Assembly (NCBI GenBank): GCA_965655095.1
Contig: OZ296654.1
Location: 49,910,001 to 49,974,000 of the forward strand
Source of the DNA: Haplodiscus bocki
Taxonomy: Eukaryota
Length of the DNA stretch: 64,000 bases
Reading direction: 5' to 3'
A program made the position numbers and the translations under genes. Shown here one piece after another: positions 27,301-39,300 of this stretch (its first letter is position 1; each line of letters starts with the position of its first letter). The notes under the pieces were generated by a model that saw nothing but the letters and a program-made list of their open reading frames with translations, had not been told where the DNA came from and made no database searches.

Positions 27301-30300
27301 TAGAACTTGTAGATAATGGGTCCCTCTTGCAGATAGTGCCCGGTTCATTATCCATTATAGTTCTCTTCCGTGTTTGCCTGCTCATTTTTATTTATGCACG
27401 ACAAATACCATCACTGTTTTTGTCAAGTTTTCCTAGTTGTGAGGTTTAAAATCTCACCCCTTTGATACATTCATTTAATCTCTTGAATTTCGAAGTGATG
27501 TGTGTTGGGGGCACTATACCGATGCGTATCAGTGTACGAATTAATGAATGACTCATTTATTCTATTCGTTGCTCGAAGACTTACAAATTATAATTCAGAT
27601 ATATGCTTCAGTGGAACATTCGTGCACATTATTGTTATGATATTGCAAAAAATAAAATTTTTCAACTTTTTATCGATGGTTATTTGCTCCCAAAGAACAA
27701 GATGTCAAATTGACGCTTCCGTGTTTTCCGTGAATATTTTTGTGCAGACTTTAAAACTTATATAAATCTATAATAAGTTATTATATAATGCTCTTACACA
27801 TTCTGACTAACGAAGAATGGGTATTGGAAACCGGCTTATGTATAGTTTTTTATCTTGTCCAAAACTTGCATTTCTTGACGTCATCAGAGAGTCTAGTCAG
27901 CTAGTGTAAAGGGTCAGAGAGGGCCTCTTTTGAAACATCTTGGCAGGTACTTTTTTATTTTCGCGTTCTGAAAAGTGTAAAATTTTTGAACATTGGTCTT
28001 CAACAACAGCATTTTCAAAGGTGATTAATGTAACAATGTTTACACATAACAATTATAACGTTGTCTAGATTTTGTTCATGCGATCTCGCTCTCTTGCAAA
28101 TATTTGTTCACGCGCTCTCGCGCAGTTGCAAAAATTGTTAACGTGGCATATTTCCAACGTGCACACTTGTTTTAAATATATGAAGAATTAACTGAATCAA
28201 CTAAATTTGTTCGATTGTTCAGTCCGTAGTTTTCGTAGTACGCTGACCCCTCCAAAAATCAGTTATACTTGCTCGATTTATTTACTAGTATTCCGTTGAC
28301 ATAAGTGTTGCGAAGCCTATCTTCGCTTCTGTCTTTGAATGAGACAGCGTGGGCAGTATTTCAGGGGTCCCCAAAAGAGTTACATGTAAAATCTTCGGAA
28401 TATTTCGGAATTTTCGTTGAAATTAAACAATTCATCGGAAGTCCGCATATACCGGCTTTCAGCCATCAAATTTGACACCACTGAATCTCAAATTGTAAAA
28501 ATCACCGTTTTAGGTTGATGTTATGAAAGTTGCTCACGTTTATTTGACCAAAATTATGCTTTTTTCTATTTGATTCGCAAGTCCTTATGATTAAGAAGTG
28601 AGATGAGAAATTTTTGAAGCGTTTTTGACGTCTTTCTAACTAATATTAGCCATTTTGAGAGCTCGATTTTTTTCTTAACGTTCTTCAGGATTTATGGTAT
28701 TGTTCTTTTTTGGGTTGTTTACTATATTGGTCTTTTAAACATTGGTCGCTTCTGGGTGAATATAGATAATAATTGACAGATCAGCTTTTCGAGTATCAGA
28801 CACTGTGACAGTTTCTTGTCTTATTTCGACTTTTTCCAACAAACTTTTGATAGCCTGATGGTCTAGAGACTTGTCAACCATGTTTCCGATTAAGTTTCAA
28901 ATGTCTCTCAGGACCCTGAGTCTGTCAACTTCATCTTTGATTGGAACTGATGGGTCCTTATTTGTTGCAAAGTGCGCTTTGCGTCTTTGCTCTCAATCAA
29001 GTTCGAATTTTCTGAATGTGTCGTTTATTTTTGCTGAGATTTTCAACTGGGACAAAAAATTGCAGTTTTGTTTCTTTTTCGAAATGGAGCTCGTTTTCGA
29101 CTGAATAAATTTTGCTATTGGCTTTGGCTGACGATTAATCATTAAAGGTAGGTATGCAGCTTAAATCAATTCAAAATGTTGCGTCTTGAGGATTTTTTTC
29201 TAGTTCATAAAAGTGTAGTAAAATGGTATTTTTAGTGTTTCAAAGCAGGCCGAGATCTAGTTAATTTCCCGATTTTCTCAGAGTTTCAACGGTTCTGAAT
29301 CTATCAACTGATTTTGGCGTGTCCACACTAATACAGTAGGAAACACAGACAGAGTCATAGATGATAGATCTTCCGGAGTGTTTTCGGGCTTTTCGGTTAG
29401 TTTACATGGCGTTCGTTCTTCGATGGAGTTGACCAGAATAGCCAATGTTTAATTTTACCGAGAACTTTCGGACTTCTGCTTTCATTATCTGAAAGTCCAG
29501 GAAAAAGTTATAATTATAATAAAAAGTCCTAACTTTAGAAAATTTGGACTTCACGGAAACGGCTGGCGAGATATTTTCTGTCAAAGTTTTTTCGACCGAT
29601 TTTTATCTTTAGAAGATTTCTTTTGAAAACATCATACCTTATGTTCCTAGCATTGGATGATTTGAAGGCCGAAAGTGGAAATGAGAAAATACTGAAGTTC
29701 TTTCTCGAAATCCAAAATCTTTTTTTTCGAAAAACCACTCGAACCAATCCTTACTTGTACTTGTAAACGTTATTTTGTTAAACTAATTTTTTTGTTGCCC
29801 CTCGGATCCAAAAAATGACAGCGAAAATGCCAAAAAGTGGGATTAGTTTTGATAAATTAGATTTTCAAATACATTTTTCGCTGAATCTACCTACTGTATT
29901 TTTTCCGTCAAGATCACCGAGCAGCCTTCTGCTTGAAGGTTATTCGATAATGATGCTACCTTGTTTCGCATTGGTTCTGAAAACTGATTGCCCAAAAATG
30001 CCTAGAAGTTCTTTCATGATTCAACCGACCTTTAAACTCATTTTTTGCCTAATTCATCGGCTGGATTTCTTCTGCCGGGGTCTCAATCACCAAAAATTTA
30101 ATTGTACAGAGTTGTTGGAGAGTCGTAGTATCTGGTTTCTGGCATCACTGTCCTGAAATGAGCGGAAAGAGAAAATAGTGATATAATATTGATTTTTTGT
30201 GATGTTTCAACATTTTTTTTCAGAGGACCGGATTGATTTCTTCCATCGAGATGTCAATTGGCACCTCTTTACCCGTAGAAGTCTATCCCAAGTTGTTATC

Positions 30301-33300
30301 CATTTTGTTCTCTGGATCGAACACGGGATAGGCCGAAATTGACGAAAAGTGCTATTAACGAGTTTTGTCGACGTCCAGGTTTTTTCACCTCCTGGACTTT
30401 TCCGGCACCTCGCCATTTGTAGAAGGGTTTTACTCCTTGACAATATCCTCAATGAAGTTCCCAGCAACTGGTAACTTATGGGGTGGATGCTCTATAAAGT
30501 TCGATAGGTTTTGATCTTCCTCCATATTCCAACTTCAAACTGAATTATCGCGGAAACTACCCAACAGATGTGATGCAAAAGTCTCAATTGCTGCTTTCTA
30601 GTTGAAGAGTTCTTTGAGAATTAGATAAATGGTCTGGCTGCTAGCGTCGGAATCCTGAAATGAGGAAAGAGAGGAAGTTTCTGATTAATTTTTTTCGAAT
30701 AAATTTTTTGAAACCAACAGCTCGATGTTTTTCATCAAGGTGTCAATGGACAGCTTTCCCCTTGTGGAAGATGTGTCAATACAATTTCATCGATTCTGTC
30801 ATCTAGCATCCGGGAATGTATGTGGAGCGAAACCGCCAAAATTTTCTATTAAGCGAATATGCCGAAAGTTTCTGTCTAGGGAAAAGTCCAAAAACTTCTG
30901 TTAAGGCTCGATCTTTTCGAAATTCAAACTCAGTTTCCGCCAAAATAACCAATTGGTGAACTTCGTTGAAGGTCTCAATCAGTTAATTGTCTAGTTTTAC
31001 CAAGTTCTTTGAGAATCATATCATTGGCTTAGCTCCTTGCATCGGAATCGTGACTGGTCAAACTATCCAAAAATAGAAATTAGTGTTCTTATTTCCCGAT
31101 AATCGATCGTTTAATTCTCAAAACTACCGGCTTGTTTTCTTTCATCAGGGTAGCTGTGGACAGCAGTTCGGTAATGAAAAGTCTTTCGACACTTTTTTTG
31201 CTGGCAGTTCAATCATGAAAGGCTGTTTGTTCCAAAAAGTGCCTTGAGTATTGAATTTTCTATTTCAAATACATACATCTCCCAAACGATTGGTGCTGTT
31301 TTTTCCATCATTATGTGAATCGACGATTTTGTCTCCGTAGAAGGGCAAACTTGAAAACTTGTTCATATAGCGTCCTTGTGGAGATGAAAAGCGAGGCCGA
31401 AGCTTAAAAAATGCAATCATTTATTTTTTCAAGGTATTCAAACAAATTTTCCTCCAAACTATGGTGTGATTTTGTGTAACCAGGTACTGCATCCACCCTT
31501 TCACTTTAGCATGAGGCGTTCTGATGTTAATTTCATGAATTTTGCTCCCGACATCCGAAAACTGTCTAGTGGATATTGCCATAATTTGTTAATAGTTTGA
31601 TCGTTTTCTATTTTCGAAATCGTGTCTCCAAGATTATCGGTGAGGTTTTTTGGATCAAGGCTCCCTTTGTCATTTTCACATTTGTTGAAGGGCAGTCTTG
31701 ATATCTATTTTCCTATAAAAATTCAAAATAGTTGTCAGTTTCGTTATTCCAACTTTTGCCCAAGTTTATAGCTTCCCTAATGTCTCAGTCGATGGTCTTC
31801 GATAATATCGTTCTTTTTTTGTCATTTGCACGGAAGACCTGACAGGTAGAAATTGCCGTAAAATGATTATTTGTCTCAGTTTTCATATTAATGTTCTGCA
31901 AATTTATTTTTTGGATTCGTTCGAACAAACGCTTCATCGACAGCTGTTTCTAGAAGGTTAAAATTCCATACGGTTCTTTCAATCTCGTAGGAAAACTGGC
32001 AGTCTCAATCTGGCACTTCCTAAAACTTGCATGCAAAACTGCAACTGACATTGGATGTTCCGTTTTTCCAAATCGCTTTTTAGCCTAAGTGCAGTGATTC
32101 TTCGCTAAAATTATTTGATGAAGTTGCGGTCCACCATTTTTTCCCGCCGTAGACGGAAAATATCGCTGCGCCTTTTGTTCATCTCTGCATTTTGGATTTT
32201 GTAAACGGTGTTAAAAATGCTTAGTCGCAACATTTTAGTTGCTTAGTCTCATTGTAGTTCATACTTTTTTCTTCGCACTTAGCGAAGGTGCCGTGATTGA
32301 CCAATTGAACGATAGTGAAGCGTTGTTTTTGTTTCTTTTTGTTCGTTTTTCTTTTCTCTTTCGAGTCTGCAAACTTGAACGGACGTCATTCTTCGCTATT
32401 TATTCTTTCGATTTCAAGTACTTGTGCTAATTGATACCCTGAAGTATCAAATATTCTCAAATTTGTCAATCAAATTAGCATTTTATTTTCCACTTAAAAT
32501 TGACCATTCCATCGCATCAGAAAAATGCTGATTCTCTAACCAAAAAATATTTCAAATTGTTGAACATATTCAAATTTTAAAACGCTCTGAAGTTTTCGAC
32601 GGTTTGATTGCATGATGCGATGGGTTGCTGGATTCGCCCAATTCATATTTTTTTCTTCGCGAATCGGGGCAATAACATCAAACCTTTTTCCTGGTCTAAA
32701 ATTTTTAGGGCTTAAGGCCTAACATCCTTGATGCTTATGTTTTTTAATGCTCCTGAGTGGAACTCTTTCGAAATGATGTTTTTCTTTGCTTTCAAATGTA
32801 GTTCTGCGCTGACTCCTCTGCATGAAGCATGAAAATAATCATTTAACTGCGTTTGTTCAAGGACCGTCTTGAATACTTGCCTTGAGTTTTATGTAATAGT
32901 AAAGTTTGCATATCGAACGACTTGAATGCAGCGTGAACTTTGGCTCAAGCCTGAATAACAAAATTTGTCTCAAAACGTGATGAAAGTTGAACTCCAGATT
33001 GCAAAACTCATGAAGATAAGCCAATTTTAGTTGAACTTCTTTCCAAAAAGTTGGCGGGTTTCACCATCATCTGATCATATTTCTAAATGCGAATGTTCAT
33101 ACCCCAACTCTGTTTGATTTGAACCAATTTGCCGGAAAGCTTATTATAGCATGACATGATGGAATGTTTTCTTCTATTAGTACGTAATTTTACATAATTA
33201 TGCAGGTGGTGTGTTGTTTCAGCCGTCAGTTCATTGGCTGCCCGATCCGGAGACTAACAATCTGATTGGTCGAATGGTGTTACCCCGATCCAGGACAGCT

Positions 33301-36300
33301 GGAGGAGGCGAGTTGGGTCTGAAGGTCAAAGGAGGTCAAGTGATGGCACTGCCGGCCACGACAGGCTCCCCGCCGCAATTGGGTGCATTCATCATCAGTG
33401 TCAAACCCGGCTCCTGTGCGGATCTCATTGGAATGCTCAGACCAGGTAGCTTCTCTTCTTTTTAACAACATACACTTCTCAAGTTTTGACTCAACTTAAA
33501 GTTTTAAATGACAGGGTTGTTTCTAGTTTGCCCTATCTTGATATATTTATTGTTTATAATTTTGGTTGTATTAGTTGGATGGGAGACAGTTTTTCATCAT
33601 TTCATTTCGAAAGCGAAGACAGTTTTGCTCGCCAATATAACGCAAATGATTAGTATTACCATTTTCAATTTTTGACGGCGTTGGTGTTTTATTTTGCAAA
33701 TTTAAAAAATTTTACCATTAATTATCAGAAGAGGTTACACAAAACAGACGATGTCGGTTTTAATGTGATGAATGCTCAAAAAGTGGTTGAGTCAGCGAAG
33801 AGCTAGCGAAACGTTTTCGTCTGCTATTTACCTAATGATTTTTCTGTGAGTTTACTTCAAAGTATAAATTTGAAAACTGTGATATGGTCTGTAATATCTG
33901 TCTTTGTTAACGAATTGTTACGAAATGTGACTATTCTGTGGCGATTGTGGTTTGTGTTGTTTTAGGTGACGAAGTTTTGGAGTGGAACGGACATGAGTTG
34001 AGAGGATTGAGCAAAGAAGAAGTGACTGAGATCATTCTAGAATCCAGACGCAGACATCCGCACCACGTACAACTACTCATTTGCAGAAGGTTCGCTTGAA
34101 CTTGTGAACTATTTGCCAAAAAATTGTCTGGCTAACGTTTATCTTTGTACATGCAAACTGGCATTGAAAGACTCATTCAAAGTTCCGAACAGTTGCCCAA
34201 TTTTCTTCCTACAAAAATTTTTGTATTAAACTTCACTATTGCTTCTTCTAAACTTCACTTAAGTTCGAAGATTCGTATTAATTGAGCTGCAAAGGTTAGA
34301 ATTTTGCTTGGAACTGTTGTGCGTTTTTGAGACGACATTTTGGGGACACATTGGGAGTTTATATCATAAATTGCCAACATATATCAATTAAACTGGCCAG
34401 TTATGTCTCCAAAATGTTTCCCCAAAAACGCACTATAGTTTGAGCAATAGCTGAATGAGGTTGAGAAACCAAAACGAGAGTAAATGGTGTTGACAATAAC
34501 TGCCCTGAAAATCAAGTGAACGCCTCAAAAAAACGGTAATGGTTTGAACGCCAAGTGATCGCGATGTGTGATATGTTTCTTTTTTGAAGCATTTTCATTT
34601 ACTAACCTGGTTTGCAAATTAGTTATAGAATTGATTAAATGCATGTGTGCGTGTGTTTTAGAGACATAGACGTCCCGTTGGGACTTCCGTTCAACGAAGA
34701 CTTCAGCGGAGTACAGAAGTCTTCCGTGGGAGAGAGAGGAGGTAGTTCTGGCGGGGGCAGTATCTCTTCTGCAGCAGCAGCTTTGTTGATGCAGCAAGAT
34801 GAGATGGCTGCGTGTGTAGGTGCCAAACTGCAGCTCAAACTGTGGTACGACAAGATGCAGTCAAATCTTATCATCACTGTCATTGGTGCATTCGAATTAG
34901 TGCCCAGAGAAGAGGAAGGCGCGCCCAGGAATGTGTATGTCAAGATACACCTACTGCCTCTCAGAAGGTATGTACAGATTATGATGTGTGCTGTGTTCGG
35001 TGAATCGATATGCATATGTTTTCAGTTCTAGTTCATCTCATCTTGTCTTCATGTTTTTGACCAACCTTGCAGAAACGATGTATCAAGAAATCTTAGCAAC
35101 TAACGTGACAGTTTCCAACTGAGAGGGAAATACACAAATAATTTTCAATAGTTTTTAGGAATTATATTTTTTGTTTCAATCTGTGTGCCAGAGATGTGAC
35201 TTCGCTAAATTTTTTCGCTATTCGCTATCGTTCGCTATTTGACTTTCGCTATCGTTAGATTCGCTATTTTAGGCCTCGCTTTCGCTATTTCAATAGAGAA
35301 GATTATATCAGTATAAAAGAAATTTCATTCCTCATTGCACTTAATAAGTAATAAATTTTGCAAGTTTTCTGAGGAAATCCGTGCCCTCTTAGGACGCTGA
35401 ATATCTCTAGCCTTGTTGAAAAATTGTTCTACCGAGGCGTCACTGGGTAGACATCCTAACACATTTCTCAGTAGTCTTGTGAAAGAGTTTTGTTCAATGC
35501 TGGACCAGTGTTCCGACATCGATAGTGCCGTGACGGGAGAAAATATAAAACCCAGAAACTGCGACCAGACTTTGTCAAATCTGCTACTGTATCAGACATC
35601 ACCAATTTATGTCATATTCAACATTGAAAATACCGTAAAACCTTTAATTGAAGGCCCCTTGTAATTGAAGGCCACCTGTAATAGAAGGTCATCCTAGCGA
35701 GGAGGTTGAGAATAGACCGCCACCCTCTAACCCCCACCCTACCCCTACCCTCACCCCACCCCCACCCCCACCTCGGATGGATAGTAGGATGGATTCACAA
35801 AATTCAAAAATTTTCAATGGTGTTGCCTGGTTGTTTGTGTGGTAGCGTCTGTAGATGTAGAATCAAAATCGAGAAGTGAAATTCTGGGCTGCTTTGAGGG
35901 CGTAGGCTGTGTTATATCAATAATTTCGGACTCGAGGTGCTGCTCACTAAGTTCCCTGCATTTTTGTAGGCAGAATTCTTGGTTAAAATTGAAAAACCGA
36001 TTATTCGATCGTGTAATGTTGAGTTTCTTGGTTGGGTCACAGAGCGTTGCAAAAATGTGCTTTGGCGATGACTTAACATACTCAAATCGTTTTTCCAGCG
36101 AATTTAGGCTTGCTTCTCTAATGTGGTTGCAACACGCATCTTCGGTAAAGTCAATAGAGGCAACAGCTTTTGAAAGCATTTGGCACACCGGAATAACCTT
36201 GTGGATGGCATAAGTCTGTCCAACTTGAAGGATGTCGGTAGCTTCTTGAAAATATTTAAGTAGCTTGGTTAAATTTCGAACTAGATGAATCTCATTGTCG

Positions 36301-39300
36301 TTAAGTTTCAGATCTTCTTTTCTACATTCCACGAGAGCCCGGCTAATTCTTTCGTGTTCATCCAAAATACTGGTCAACATGGCAAAAAATTCCATCTCAC
36401 CACTGTAGCTTGCATGATACGCTTGGATAGTTTCGAAGAAAATTGAACCGACCACTTGCCCAATCCCTCTATTTTCTTGCACTTAGAAATAGTATTTGAA
36501 TATCTGATATAAACAGCTCCAGCCTTTAGTCCATCCTGAACCACGAGTTGCAAAAGATGTGCCACACAACCATGCCAAGAGACAACACTAGAATCTTCCT
36601 CCGATAGACCTTCAATTTCAGTCTGTGAAGTAGTCAAAAAAACCATCTTCTTCAGGTTCTTCTTGGTTTGCATCTTCAATATCTGTTAGTTCGGGTAGGC
36701 CCACAAAAGCTTTTTTCATTACTGCGCAGTTGGCAGTGCAAATTGAGAACGGATTAAAGCGCAACCCTAATCTGTCAAATTCATTGCGAACATGTTGTAA
36801 GACATTTGCTGCTGTTGAACTGTCTAGCAAGGGCGAAAAGAACAGTAGAAAAGACACCAGTTGCCAATGCTTCATAGACGTAATAATGCACCCTATGTAT
36901 TCTTTCTTGTCTCTACCACTCCATAAGTCTATCCAATGCTGTAACGCGAGTCAGTCTTGCGAATTTTCAGAATAAAGTTCTCTGTTGACTTCTGTGACAG
37001 CCCAATTAAGGTATTTACAACAGTCCGATAGCAGATAGGCTTATACAAGGGCTGAGCATCATACACGAAAGCACGAAAGTATTTATCTTCAGATATATTT
37101 AGAGGAAAGTTGCACTTAGCAACCAAATTTTTAACAAGTGATTCAGTTAGTTGTGATTGGCCAATGAATTTTGATCCACGGGTGCCACTAGAAGTAGAAT
37201 TTGCAGTATCCGCAGATACTCCAACCACTCCATTTGTTGCCGCTAAAGTTAATTGGCTACCAGAATTTAATTGGGCTAATCTTTGGGGATGTAAGTTCTG
37301 ATAGTGGCTTTTTAAATTCCACTTACTTGACTTTGAAAATTGGATGGTAACAACGCATGTCTTGCACACAGCAGTACACTTGGTATTATCTATATCTCGA
37401 AAAAGTTGCTCAGAACGAAAGCCCATGGCAGTGAAACTGTCGAAAACTAGACCTTGCAAACGTAAAAGAGTCAAAAGCAAGTCGCACGGTACTTTGAAAT
37501 AGCTGCCAGTAACGCGAGAGAGGCTCAAATTCCTGTGCAGTGATTGGTTGTAGCAATTCAGTTGAAATTCTTATTGCACTCAGCCCACACGCCTTGACTG
37601 ACTGCGGCCGCCAAATTACATGTACTCGGTTTTATTTGCGTGCACGCTTTGACTGACCGCCGCTGCGAAATTACATGTACTTGGTTTAATTGGCTTCGCT
37701 ATAGCGATCGCTAACTGCTAATTTTCGCTATTCGCTAAAGTCACTAAATTATGCTTCGCTATAGCGAATAGCGATCGCTATCGCTATCACACCTCTGCTC
37801 TGTGCCTAAACTGTATTCACGTTTGGAGCTATTCACGCTTTTATATTGATTATGAATATATCTCCATTGTTAGGTCGTACAGAGTTTTTAAGATAATCAT
37901 TTTAGAGGGTGGTAAAATTATTTCAATTTCGAGGTTTCGTTTGTAACTAAATTTCATCATGTAGAGAGCATAGCGTAAGCTCTCATAGTTCACCTTTTCG
38001 AATAAAGCTGGAGGGAAGGTTCGTTTTGGGGCTTTCGAACTTTTGGAGGGAATAATAGCGTAAGTTCTCATAGTTCACCTTTTCGAATAAAGCTGGAGGG
38101 AAGGTTCGTTTTGGGGCATTCGAACTTTTGTAGGGAATAATAGCGTAAGGTCTCATAGTTCACCTTTTCGAATAAAGCTGGAGGGAAGGTTCGTTTTGGG
38201 GCATTCGAACTTTTGGAGGGAATAATAGCGTAAGGTCTCATAGTTCACGTTTTCGAATAAAGCTGGAGGGAAGGTTCGTTTTGGGGCATTCGAACTTTTG
38301 GAGAGAATAATAGAAAGTTAGTGTAAATTTATGCCGAAATTAATGAGAAAATTCTATTTTGAAGTTATTTTATGGCGAATTCGGAAAACGATTGCAGAAC
38401 AATGAAACTGTGTTGAAAATCTTGAAAACAACCTCAAAATAAATATCTGCTTTTAAATCTTTGGTTGGTAAATTTGTTTCAAAAGTTTGTAAGAGTGTAT
38501 TTCTTTCAGTTAAGTGCAGTTGCATAGTAGAATTTATGGTACAACATTGCCCAATTGGGGGGATGAGGGGGGCATCTTTGGGTTCTCGGTGATTGCAGTT
38601 TTTCGTTCGAATACTTGAGGAGACATATTAAGATGTCATATTAAGATATATTAAGAGACATATTAAGGTGAGACATATTAAGATACCTCGAATGTGTATG
38701 TGATGTCATGAAACTTCGAATATTCTGTGCTCCCCTAGTAATATATTATGGAGATATAAAATGGTGTCTCGACTTGTCAAAACATTCAATTTTTTTCACG
38801 TCATTGGCGAAGGAATGAACAAAGCAAGTGAAAATTGCGAGCCAATAAAAAAAGCGAGATAAAACTCAGTGATAGTGTTTCGGTGATGGCGCTCATCGCT
38901 CCAAATCTTACGTAACCGAATCACAATACCTCAGCCAATAATTTTTCAGAAGCACACTAAAATCGGCTCGTTGAACAATTGGTTAACTCAGCCTAGTGAT
39001 ACGTCACCGAAGAACGCGAGTGAGTTCATGACGTCGCTACATGTAATAACCGGAACCGAAAAAAAACCTGGAAACAATTCTTTAAAGTGTTTTCGACAGA
39101 TTGAAAATTTCATCTGCCGATCTGGCAGAAGGGTTTGCTAGTTATTTGAATGTCGTGCTTTGTTTTGCAGTGACGAGTTAATAGGTCGAACAAGGACAGC
39201 GTTGCACACACTGAAGCCAATTTGGAATGCGACATTTTCAGTGGACGTGAGTTTTGAGCAGATGCAACTGGACCACGAATTGGAACTGACTGTGTGGGAT

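Larger units (their letters stand above)
35189..37797 (-). mobile_element. hAT-superfamily DNA transposon, decayed
   Basis: 11-bp TIR CAGAGATGTGA / TCACACCTCTG (1 mismatch), 8-bp TSD CTGTGTGC / CTCTGTGC, arrays of TTCGCTA subterminal repeats at both ends. Confidence 0.93.

Noticed and set aside
37971-38313. Hammerhead ribozyme / retrozyme array
   Set aside because: No CTGANGA..GAAA core found on either strand
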